Positions 54,753 through 62,526 of a stretch of DNA of 62,526 bases are shown here, in pieces. Location: NCBI GenBank assembly GCA_964398685.1, contig CAYNNF010000005.1:1-62526 (forward strand), written 5' to 3'. Position 1 is the stretch's first letter. Every line of letters begins with the position of its first letter. The notes beneath the pieces were generated by a model. The model did no database searches. It was not told the origin of the DNA and saw only the letters and a program-made list of their open reading frames with translations. This stretch comes from an uncultured Candidatus Saccharibacteria bacterium (GTDB taxonomy: Bacteria; Patescibacteriota; Minisyncoccia; JBAYJV01). The position numbers were made by a program, and so were the translations under genes.

Positions 54753-55463
54753 ATGAAAGCTATTTTACTCGCCGCAGGTAAAAGCGCTAGGTTGGGAAAA
54801 ATTACCAAAAATATTCCCAAACCAATGCTTAAGATTAAAAATGAAATTGTTTTAGCGCACAATATTGAATGGCTTAAAAAATACAATATAAAAGATATTT
54901 ACATTAATCTTCATTACCTTCCAGATATTATTAAAAGCTATTTTGGAGATGGCAGTAAATGGAAAGTTAAAATTAATTATTCTTATGAGAAAAATATTCT
55001 TGGAACCGCAGGTGGTGTAAAAAAAATTATTAATATTTATGAAAAAGATAATTGGAAAGAAGATTTTTTAGTGGTCTATGGCGACAGTTTTTACCCCTTT
55101 AGTTATAACATAGATAAATTGATTGATTTTCAAAAAGAGAAAAACGCGTTAGTATCAATGGGATTATACAAAAGGAAAAGCGAGATTTGGAAAAGTGGCG
55201 TGGCTCTCATTGCAGATAATGGACGAATTAAAAAATTTGTTGAAAAGCCCGATCCAAAAAAGATTAATAGCAATTTGGTTAATACAGGAATATACATTGT
55301 CCACCCTAAGATAGTTAAATATATTCCCGATGGATTTTCTGATTTTGCTCAAGATATTTTTCCAAAATTGTTAAGAGAAAAATTACCAATTTATGGCTAT
55401 GTTTTTGGCGAAGGATTAATCCCTATTGATACGCCAAAATTACTTAAAAAAGCTAATAGATAA
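54753..55463 (+). CDS. hddC: Sugar-1-phosphate nucleotidylyltransferase, probable D-glycero-alpha-D-manno-heptose-1-phosphate guanylyltransferase
   Basis: It has the NTP_transferase G-loop AILLAAGKSARLGKITKNIPKPML. The specific assignment rests on adjacency to hddA and on gmhA/gmhB in the same block. Confidence 0.6.
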   Translation: MKAILLAAGKSARLGKITKNIPKPMLKIKNEIVLAHNIEWLKKYNIKDIYINLHYLPDIIKSYFGDGSKWKVKINYSYEKNILGTAGGVKKIINIYEKDNWKEDFLVVYGDSFYPFSYNIDKLIDFQKEKNALVSMGLYKRKSEIWKSGVALIADNGRIKKFVEKPDPKKINSNLVNTGIYIVHPKIVKYIPDGFSDFAQDIFPKLLREKLPIYGYVFGEGLIPIDTPKLLKKANR

Positions 55464-55467
55464 AATT

Positions 55468-56469
55468 ATGATTATCACTCGAACACCGTTTAGAATTACT
55501 CTGGGAGGAGGAGGCACAGATTTGCCAGCATATTATTCAAAATACGGCGGTTTTATTTTTGCCGCAGGGATTGATAAATATATGTTTATTGTCCTTAATC
55601 GTTCTGCCGTTGATGATTTAGTAAGATTAAAATACAGCCAATCAGAAACAGTAAATTATTGTAGCGAGTTAAAGCATGAAATTGCTCGCGAAGCGCTAAA
55701 GATGATGAACATTGAGAATGGAATAGAGATATCCTCGCTAGCAGATATACCCGCGGGAACAGGACTCGGCTCATCAAGCTGTTACGCTGTGGGACTTTTA
55801 AACGCGCTGCACGCCTTTAAAAAAAGCAAAATTACCCCCGGGCAGCTCGCTGAAAAAGCCTGTAATCTTGAGATTGACATTCTAAAAAAACCCATCGGCA
55901 AGCAAGATCAATATATGGCAACTTTCAGTGGTCTGACAGTTTTAGATATCAATAAGGATGGCAGGGTTAAGGTAAGACACGCGGATATTTCTGGAGAAAC
56001 AATAAATAGCTTGAATCGCAATATGTTAATGTTCTATACAAACACTTCAAGAGACGCTAATATAATTCTTTCTGAACAAAGCAATGGAGCAAAACAACAG
56101 AAAAAAAATGTTATAGAGAATATGCACTATATTAAAGAAATTGGCTATCAAATTTTGGACGCTACAGAAAGTGGAAACATTACCGATATCGGACTTTTAT
56201 TTGATAAACATTGGCAACATAAGAAAAAAATCTCAACAAAAATGTCTAATCCTAGGTTTAATAAAATTTATGATATTGCTAAAGAAAATGGCGCTTTGGG
56301 AGGAAAAATTTCTGGCGCTGGCGGAGGCGGTTTCTTTGTGTTTTATATAGAGAAAAAACACAAAAAATTCATAGACACGATGGAAAAATTGGGATTACGA
56401 GAAATGAAATACAGTTTTGATTTTGAAGGCACAAGAGTATTGGCTAATTTTGGAGATATTGCAAAATAA
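55468..56469 (+). CDS. hddA: GHMP kinase, probable D-glycero-alpha-D-manno-heptose-7-phosphate kinase
   Basis: MIITRTPFRITLGGGGTDLPAYY and the GHMP motif IPAGTGLGSSS, with C-terminal GKISGAGGGGFF. The start is placed after the upstream stop. Confidence 0.7.
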   Translation: MIITRTPFRITLGGGGTDLPAYYSKYGGFIFAAGIDKYMFIVLNRSAVDDLVRLKYSQSETVNYCSELKHEIAREALKMMNIENGIEISSLADIPAGTGLGSSSCYAVGLLNALHAFKKSKITPGQLAEKACNLEIDILKKPIGKQDQYMATFSGLTVLDINKDGRVKVRHADISGETINSLNRNMLMFYTNTSRDANIILSEQSNGAKQQKKNVIENMHYIKEIGYQILDATESGNITDIGLLFDKHWQHKKKISTKMSNPRFNKIYDIAKENGALGGKISGAGGGGFFVFYIEKKHKKFIDTMEKLGLREMKYSFDFEGTRVLANFGDIAK

Positions 56470-56473
56470 ATAT

Positions 56474-57793
56474 ATGGCAACTCATCAAAAAAAAATTGGA
56501 ATAATTGGTCTTTGGCATCTTGGCTGTGTTGCCGCTTCTTCTCTTGCTGATATTGGACATAATGTTATCGGCGTAGATTTTGATCAAAAAATATTAAAAG
56601 GCCTAAAGGACGGAAAAGCGCCCATTCAAGAACCAGGACTACAGGACTTACTTGATAAAAATATCAGAAAGGGCACTCTTGTTTTTACAAGCTCTTTCCA
56701 GCAAGCGCTAAGTAATGCCGATTTTATATTAATAACCTTTGACACTCCGGTAGACAATAATGACAGATTGAACTTATCGCTCATTTATAGAGCATGTGAT
56801 TCAATCGCTAAATACGCGCCTAAGAAATTCACATTAGTGATTATGAGCCAAATCCCTGTCGGCACCTCAAGAGAACTGAAAAAAATTATTTTAAACAAAA
56901 ATAAGAATTTATCTTTTGACATTATTTATAGTCCTGAAAATCTCAGACTGGGTGAGGCATTAAAAATATTTAATAATTCAGAAAGAATTATTGTTGGCTT
57001 AGAAAAACACAGCACAAAACAAAAAGCAGAAAAATTATTTTCTTTTACAGAAGCTCCTAAAATATATATGGACTTAGAAAGCGCCGAAATGACAAAACAC
57101 GCCATCAATGCTTATTTGGCTAGTTCTATCAGTTTTGTCAACGAGCTGGCAAGTTTGTCTGAAGTTTTAAATGCCGACATAGGAAAGGTAGTGGAAGGGA
57201 TGAAAAGCGATAGCCGAATTGGAAGGCATGCTTTTCTAAATCCAGGGCTAGGCTTCGCCGGAGGAACATTAGGTCGAGATATTCAAGTTTTGAGAAGTTT
57301 TGGAAAAAAATTCGGAATTAAAACTGAGTTTATAAATGCTGTATTAAAAATTAACAGGAATAGAAAAAAAATGTTGTTTAAAAAGATTGACGATATCTTT
57401 CCTTCTCTTAATGGACTAAACATTGGCTTACTTGGACTTACTTATAAGGCAGGAACCGATACTTTGAGACGGTCTGTGTCTCTGGAAGTAGCAAAAAAAA
57501 TGATTAGCAAGAACGCTCATGTTAGCGCCTTTGATCCAATGATTAATGAAAAAATTGATGTGATTAAAAAATTAACTATTGCAAAAGATCCATACGAGAT
57601 TGCCATGGATGCAGACTTATTAGTGTTAATGACAGATTGGCCAGAGTTTAAAAATCTGGATTTTGCCAAAATTAAAAAAATAATGAAAAAACCAATTATT
57701 ATTGATATGAGAAATTTTCTAAACGCCGAGGTGCTTAAAAAATTATCTTTTGATTATTACGGTGTCGGTATAAAAAATATTAATATAAAATAA
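56474..57793 (+). CDS. UDP-glucose/GDP-mannose dehydrogenase-family protein with altered catalytic and Rossmann motifs
   Basis: The family fold is clear (KAPIQEPGLQDLL, three-domain length). However, the catalytic block reads NPGLGFAGGTLGRD, with Thr where the conserved Cys sits in GxGGxCxxKD. The first Gly-rich loop reads GLWHLG instead of GxGxxG. Confidence 0.7.
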   Translation: MATHQKKIGIIGLWHLGCVAASSLADIGHNVIGVDFDQKILKGLKDGKAPIQEPGLQDLLDKNIRKGTLVFTSSFQQALSNADFILITFDTPVDNNDRLNLSLIYRACDSIAKYAPKKFTLVIMSQIPVGTSRELKKIILNKNKNLSFDIIYSPENLRLGEALKIFNNSERIIVGLEKHSTKQKAEKLFSFTEAPKIYMDLESAEMTKHAINAYLASSISFVNELASLSEVLNADIGKVVEGMKSDSRIGRHAFLNPGLGFAGGTLGRDIQVLRSFGKKFGIKTEFINAVLKINRNRKKMLFKKIDDIFPSLNGLNIGLLGLTYKAGTDTLRRSVSLEVAKKMISKNAHVSAFDPMINEKIDVIKKLTIAKDPYEIAMDADLLVLMTDWPEFKNLDFAKIKKIMKKPIIIDMRNFLNAEVLKKLSFDYYGVGIKNINIK

Positions 57794-57839
57794 GAACCCC
57801 CCGGTGAACCTTGATACTTATCTTTAATAAAATAAATTT

Positions 57840-58703
57840 ATGACTTTACTCAAAAATAATTCTACGAATTTAAAGAATAAAATAGCCGTTATTACGGGGG
57901 GCACAGGAGGAATCGGAAGTGTTATCGCATCCCTTTTCGCCGAGGAAAGCGCAAAAGTAATAATTCTTGATATTAATCAAAAGAAAATTAATGCTTTAGT
58001 CAAGGAAATAGGAAGAAAATCTATCGGTATAAAAGCAGATGTTCGTAATCTTGCTCAAATAAAAAAAGCCGTAAATGGAATTACCAAAAAATTCAAAAAA
58101 ATTGACATTTTAATAAACGCTGCAGGCGTCTATGGACCAATCGGTCTTTTAGTTGACAGCGATTTGGATAATTGGTTTAATAATATTAAAATCAATTTGT
58201 TAGGAACCGTTAATTTTTGCAAAGCTGTCTTGCCCCTAATGATTAAGAATAGAGGCGGTAGAATTGTCAATTTTTCAGGCGGTGGCGCAACATTTTCCAG
58301 GCCGCATTTTTCCGCTTATGCAGTTTCTAAAACCGCTGTTGTAAAATTTACTGAAACCTTAGCCGATGAAGTAAAAAAATATAACATTTATGTTAACTCT
58401 ATCGCCCCGGGAGCAATCAATACAAATATGTTAAAAGAAGTTTTACAAGATAGAAAGGGCGCGGGTAAAGAAGAATTTGAAAAAGCCCAAGAGAGACAAA
58501 AAACCGGTGGTACGCCAGTTGAGTTAGTTGCTGAATTGGTATTATTTTTGGCCTCAGAAAAATCACACAATCTCACGGGCAAACTTATAAGCGCTCCTTG
58601 GGATAATTGGAAAAAATGGAATAAAAAAGATATAAATCAAATTAATAAAACCGCAAAATACACATTGAAAAGGATAGATAATAAGTATTTTAAAGAAATT
58701 TAA
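57840..58703 (+). CDS. Short-chain dehydrogenase/reductase (classical SDR)
   Basis: It has VITGGTGGIGS (TGxxxGxG), NAAG and YAVSK (YxxxK). Confidence 0.8.
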   Translation: MTLLKNNSTNLKNKIAVITGGTGGIGSVIASLFAEESAKVIILDINQKKINALVKEIGRKSIGIKADVRNLAQIKKAVNGITKKFKKIDILINAAGVYGPIGLLVDSDLDNWFNNIKINLLGTVNFCKAVLPLMIKNRGGRIVNFSGGGATFSRPHFSAYAVSKTAVVKFTETLADEVKKYNIYVNSIAPGAINTNMLKEVLQDRKGAGKEEFEKAQERQKTGGTPVELVAELVLFLASEKSHNLTGKLISAPWDNWKKWNKKDINQINKTAKYTLKRIDNKYFKEI

Positions 58704-58706
58704 AAC

Positions 58707-59702
58707 ATGAATATAGGAATAATTGGAGCCGGCCTAATTGGCAACAAACGCGCTCAATCTATCAAAGAAATTGACAAAGATATAATTGTTGCTATTGCTG
58801 ATACTGATAAAAGCAAGGTGTTAGAGTTTTCAAAAAAATATAACTGCCAAGGACTGGACAAATGGCAGAAAATGGTTAGAATAAACAATATTGACGCCAT
58901 TGTTATTGCTGTTCCTAATAAGTTTGTCGCGCCTATGGCAATTGCAGCTCTAAAACAAAGAAAACATATTCTTTGCGAAAAACCATTCGGTCGAAATTCA
59001 AAAGAATCTCGGAAGATTTTAGAAACAGCTAAAAGATTTCAACGACTTGTAAAGGTTGGTTTTAATCATAGATTTCATCCAGCCATATTGAAAGCAAAAA
59101 AAATATTAGAAGCAGATGGTATTGGTAAAATTATTTTTATCAGAGGTCGTTATGGCCACGGAGGAAGATTGGGAATGGAAAAAGAATGGCGGACGAACAA
59201 AGATATTTCTGGAGGAGGCGAATTATTAGATCAGGGCGTACACATAATTGATCTTTGTCGATATTTCGGTGGAGAATTTAAGGAAGTTTTTGGTACTGTT
59301 GGAACTAAGTTCTGGAAAATAAACGTTGAAGATAATGCTTTTGTAATAATGAAGAATGCTCGGATTACAGTTCAATTTCAAACCAGTTGGACAAATTGGA
59401 AAAATATTTTCTCTCTTGAAATTTATGGCACCGATGGATTTTTGCAAATTGAAGGATTAGGCGGAAGCTATGGAAAAGAGAAATTAATTTTTGGTAAAAG
59501 AAAAAAAGAGTTCGGTGTTCCAATTATCAAAGAATATCTTTTTGAACAAGATATTAGTTGGCAAGAAGAATGGAAAAATTTTCGCAACGCTATTCTCAAT
59601 AAAGAAGAAATGAATGGAGATGGTACTGATGGATTAATAGCTAATCAAATTGTAGAAGCAATCTATAAGTCAAGTAAAACTAAAAAAAATATCCGACTAT
59701 GA
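58707..59702 (+). CDS. Gfo/Idh/MocA-family oxidoreductase
   Basis: MNIGIIGAGLIGNKR is the Rossmann motif and ILCEKP the conserved EKP motif. The length is typical of the family. Confidence 0.8.
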   Translation: MNIGIIGAGLIGNKRAQSIKEIDKDIIVAIADTDKSKVLEFSKKYNCQGLDKWQKMVRINNIDAIVIAVPNKFVAPMAIAALKQRKHILCEKPFGRNSKESRKILETAKRFQRLVKVGFNHRFHPAILKAKKILEADGIGKIIFIRGRYGHGGRLGMEKEWRTNKDISGGGELLDQGVHIIDLCRYFGGEFKEVFGTVGTKFWKINVEDNAFVIMKNARITVQFQTSWTNWKNIFSLEIYGTDGFLQIEGLGGSYGKEKLIFGKRKKEFGVPIIKEYLFEQDISWQEEWKNFRNAILNKEEMNGDGTDGLIANQIVEAIYKSSKTKKNIRL

Positions 59703-60223
59703 AAAAACAAAGAGCTCTTTTTATAGATAGGGATGGCATACTTAATCACACAGTTCGTCGTGATGGAAAATGTGTTTCTCCAAGAACATTTAAAGAATTT
59801 CGACTCAAAGAGGGGATTAAAGAATTTACCCAAGAAATAAAAAAAAAGTTTTTAATAATTGTCGTAACTAATCAGCCAGATATTGCCCGCGGATTCATGA
59901 AGACAGAAGATCTGGACAAAATGCATCATCTCTTATTGAAAGATTGTCTTGTTGATAAAATCTTCGTTTGCCCTCATGATGATAAAGATAATTGTTCCTG
60001 CCGCAAGCCAAAGGCGGGAATGTTGATAGAAGCTGCAGAGAAATGGCAAATTGATTTAAAAAAATCATTCATCGTAGGAGATTCTTGGAAAGATATCGGG
60101 GCTGGAAAAAATGCTGGATGCAAGACTATCCTTTGGCAAACAGATTATAACCAAGATACTATTGCAGATTTTTATGTAACTTCTTTTAGAGAAATTTTGA
60201 AAATTATTAAAACCAATGATTGA
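59699..60223 (+). CDS. gmhB: D,D-heptose 1,7-bisphosphate phosphatase (HAD-IIIA)
   Basis: It has LFIDRDGILN (DxD nucleophile motif), VVTNQPDIARG, the Zn-site Cys pattern CPHDDKDNCSCRKP and GDSWKDIGAG. Confidence 0.8.
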   Translation: MKKQRALFIDRDGILNHTVRRDGKCVSPRTFKEFRLKEGIKEFTQEIKKKFLIIVVTNQPDIARGFMKTEDLDKMHHLLLKDCLVDKIFVCPHDDKDNCSCRKPKAGMLIEAAEKWQIDLKKSFIVGDSWKDIGAGKNAGCKTILWQTDYNQDTIADFYVTSFREILKIIKTND

Positions 60224-60238
60224 ACATAAAAAAATACT

Positions 60239-60958
60239 ATGACAAAAAAAAATACCGATTTTAAAATTAAAATCTTTGCTGATGGCGCGGATAAATCTAG
60301 TATAATGGAACTTTCAAAAAAACGGTGGATTAGTGGCTTCACCACTAATCCAACTTTAATGAGAAAAGCTGGAGTAAAAAATTATAAAAAGTTTGCGAAA
60401 GAAATATTGAGCATCGTAAAGAAAAAACCAATTTCTTTTGAAGTCTTTTCTGATAATTTTGAAGAGATGGAACGCCAGGCTCAACTCATTAATTCTTGGG
60501 GTAAAAATGTATATATTAAAATTCCTATCACTAATACAAAAGGAGATTCGGCTTTTTTTCTTGTAAAAAAATTGTCTCAAGATGGTATTAAGGTAAATGT
60601 TACTGCCATCTTCACCTTAGAACAAATAAGGCATATCCTTAAAGCATTGTCTTTCGGAACGCCTGCTGTTATTTCAGTTTTTGCTGGTCGTATTGCTGAC
60701 ACAGGAAAAGACCCTATGCCTATTATGAAACAGGCATCAAAGATGCTCTCTAAATATCCAGAGATTGAACTTCTTTGGGCAAGCCCACGAGAGTTATTAA
60801 ATATTTTTCAAGCTGAGTCAGTGGGTTGTGATATTATTACAGTTCAACCAGATATCCTTAAAAAAATTAATACTATTGGAAAAAATCTTGAAGCTTTTTC
60901 TTTGGATACGGTAAAAATGTTTTGTGAAGATGCTAAGGCTGCTGGTTACAAGCTTTGA
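60239..60958 (+). CDS. tal: Transaldolase-family protein (short, Fsa/TalC-like)
   Basis: KIFADGADKSSIMEL...ISGFTTNPTLMRKAG and VYIKIPIT are blocks of the short transaldolase/fructose-6-P aldolase subfamily. Confidence 0.75.
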   Translation: MTKKNTDFKIKIFADGADKSSIMELSKKRWISGFTTNPTLMRKAGVKNYKKFAKEILSIVKKKPISFEVFSDNFEEMERQAQLINSWGKNVYIKIPITNTKGDSAFFLVKKLSQDGIKVNVTAIFTLEQIRHILKALSFGTPAVISVFAGRIADTGKDPMPIMKQASKMLSKYPEIELLWASPRELLNIFQAESVGCDIITVQPDILKKINTIGKNLEAFSLDTVKMFCEDAKAAGYKL

Positions 60959-61028
60959 ACTTAACGGGAGATTATTACGAACCTTTCGCTACGCTCAAGA
61001 ACCTTGATAGAAAAATTATAAACAAAAA

Positions 61029-61604
61029 ATGAATTATAAAATTCAAAAAAATTATATTAATAAGTATTTAAAGGAGGTAAAAATTCTCCTTGAGATTATT
61101 GATCGTGAAGAAATCCTTGCGGTTTTAAAAATACTAATCAAGCTAAAAGCAAAAAATGGTCGTCTCTTTGTTTTGGGGATTGGTGGTTCTGCGGCCAATG
61201 CTTCTCATGCTGTTAATGATTTTCGCAAGATTTGCAATATTGAAACTTACGCCCCGACAGATAATGTTGCTGAATTGACTGCTTGGACCAATGATAACGG
61301 TTTTGAATATATTTTTATTAAATGGCTTCATGGTTCTCGTCTTAATAAAAACGATGCCCTACTAATATTGTCTGTGGGCGGAGGAAGTAATACTACTTCT
61401 AGGAATTTAGTTTTGGCAATGCGCTATGCTAAAAAAGTAGACGCTAAGATTTTGGGCATTGTCAGTCGAGATGGTGGCCAAACAAGAAAACTATCCGATG
61501 CTTGTGTTTTAATCCCTCCGATTACGCCAGAACGCATTACGCCCCACGCCGAAGAGTGGCAAAGTATTATTCTTCACTTGATTGCAAACGCTTTGATTTT
61601 ATAG
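61029..61604 (+). CDS. gmhA: SIS-domain sedoheptulose-7-phosphate isomerase
   Basis: GRLFVLGIGGSAANASHAVNDF, ALLILSVGGGS and a C-terminal HAEEWQ-type block are typical GmhA features. Confidence 0.75.
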   Translation: MNYKIQKNYINKYLKEVKILLEIIDREEILAVLKILIKLKAKNGRLFVLGIGGSAANASHAVNDFRKICNIETYAPTDNVAELTAWTNDNGFEYIFIKWLHGSRLNKNDALLILSVGGGSNTTSRNLVLAMRYAKKVDAKILGIVSRDGGQTRKLSDACVLIPPITPERITPHAEEWQSIILHLIANALIL

Positions 61605-61636
61605 TCGTGTTGTATTTGTGTATTTTATTTTAATTT

Positions 61637-62526
61637 ATGTCCAAACAAAAAAAAATTTTAGTTACAGGTGCTGGCGGTTTTATCGGCCATCACCTGGTTC
61701 GTTTTTTAAAAAAGAAAGGATATTGGGTTAGAGGAGCCGATATCAAATACCCTGAATTTAGTCCAAAAAATGAAGCAGATGAGTTTTTGAAAGTTGACCT
61801 TCGTGATCCAAAAAATTGCTTAAAGGCAACAAAAGGAATTGACGAGGTCTATAACTTAGCCGCTAATATGGGAGGAATAGGTTTTATTACATTTCATACT
61901 TCTGATGTTTTGCACGATAATGTTTTAATTAATACCAATATGGCAGAAGCGTGCAAACAAAATAAAGTTAAGAAAATCTTTTACTCATCTTCCGCTTGTA
62001 TTTATCCAATCGCTAAACAAAAAAATCCTAAAGTAATTGCTTTGAAAGAATCAGATGCTTATCCCGGAGATCCTGACAATGAATATGGTTGGGAAAAGCT
62101 ATTTTCAGAACGGCTTTATACCTCATATAAAGAGTTTTATAAAGTGAGAATTGCTCGCTTTCATAACATCTTTGGTGAAGAAGGAACTTATGAAGGAGGA
62201 AGAGAAAAAGCGCCAGCTGCAATTTGTCGTAAGGTTGCTTTAGCTAAAGATAGTGGAACGCTTGAAATATGGGGAGATGGGAAACAAACAAGGTCATTTT
62301 GCTATATTAATGATTGTTTGGAAGCAATTTATAGTCTGATGAAATCTAGTCATGATCAGCCAATTAATATTGGTTCAGATAGATTGGTAACCATTAATCA
62401 GCTCGTAGATATTGTCTCTAAGGTTTCTGGCAAAAAATTTAAAAAGAAACATCTTCTCAATAAACCTCAGGGAGTTAGGGGCAGAAATTCAGACAATACC
62501 TTGTTTAAAAAACAATTTGGCTGGGC
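61637..62526 (+). CDS. GDP-mannose 3,5-epimerase-like extended SDR (3' end outside window)
   Basis: It has KILVTGAGGFIGHHL. The block YEGGREKAPAAICRKVA...EIWGDGKQTRSF closely resembles the GGREKAPAAFCRK region of GDP-mannose 3,5-epimerases. There is no stop before the window end. Confidence 0.65.
   Translation, partial: MSKQKKILVTGAGGFIGHHLVRFLKKKGYWVRGADIKYPEFSPKNEADEFLKVDLRDPKNCLKATKGIDEVYNLAANMGGIGFITFHTSDVLHDNVLINTNMAEACKQNKVKKIFYSSSACIYPIAKQKNPKVIALKESDAYPGDPDNEYGWEKLFSERLYTSYKEFYKVRIARFHNIFGEEGTYEGGREKAPAAICRKVALAKDSGTLEIWGDGKQTRSFCYINDCLEAIYSLMKSSHDQPINIGSDRLVTINQLVDIVSKVSGKKFKKKHLLNKPQGVRGRNSDNTLFKKQFGW

Noticed and set aside
60975-61005. Possible degenerate fourth copy of the GTCATYCTGAAC..AGTGAAGRATCT repeat (ttcgctacgctcaagaacc)
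   Set aside because: Only a short tcgct.cgctca.gaa core matches and indels are needed. It is too weak to call without a statistical alignment.
1-62526. Alternative genetic code (UGA recoded, as in some candidate phyla)
   Set aside because: Long conserved proteins (SecA, GAPDH, Gmd) are intact under the standard code. TGA functions as the stop in several ATGA overlaps (rpmE/prfA, ORF423/fba, CgeB-like/FkbM).

Overview
This is a visibly AT-rich, gene-dense bacterial segment that reads cleanly with the standard code; TGA serves as the stop in several ATGA start/stop overlaps. The gene content suggests a small-genome Patescibacteria/CPR-like organism, but that is inference only. Supporting content: split transketolase, short EF-Ts, many membrane-anchored or secreted repeat proteins, a lamin-tail-domain protein, Wzy_C-TPR fusions, and no lipid A/core genes in view.

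Layout:
(1) 1-2.5 kb: the C-terminal part of a large serine recombinase butts against tRNA-Trp. It is followed by rpmG (missed by the ORF track), tRNA-Thr, tRNA-Tyr, an HTH/LAGLIDADG-like ORF and a second tRNA-Thr.
(2) 2.5-25.7 kb, almost all minus strand: tsf, rpsB, rpmE, a prfA lacking domain 1, rplY, secA, hpf, and a glycolysis/pentose-phosphate set (fba, split tkt, rpe, rpiB, gap). Accessory insertions interrupt this set: an AbiEi/AbiEii toxin-antitoxin pair, a surface protein preceded by a tandem palindrome array, and a Cys-rich secreted protein plus Fic pair bracketed by repeated promoter/terminator modules.
(3) 25.9-34 kb, minus strand: a secreted gluzincin-like protease, an LTD/PKD protein and two Wzy_C (O-antigen-ligase-like)-TPR membrane proteins.
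(4) 34.0-62.5 kb: one uninterrupted plus-strand glycan-assembly locus of about 28 kb that runs off the window. It holds a priming phosphoglycosyl transferase, a Wzx flippase, six glycosyltransferases, four methyltransferases, a radical SAM/SPASM enzyme and the GDP-fucose genes gmd/fcl. It also holds a complete GDP-D-glycero-D-manno-heptose gene set (gmhA/hddA/gmhB/hddC) with a private transaldolase and several redox/epimerase tailoring enzymes.

Best candidates for something new:
- the methylated heptose/fucose glycan locus together with the divergent Wzy_C-TPR pair (a possible protein O-glycosylation system);
- two G7 contingency-type tracts in adjacent methyltransferase genes, one of which currently breaks the reading frame;
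- a UGDH-family paralog lacking the catalytic Cys;
- a radical SAM/SPASM gene with a 36-codon upstream ORF;
- the 28-30 bp palindrome array at 16.6 kb;
- the repeat-bracketed Cys-rich/Fic insertion.
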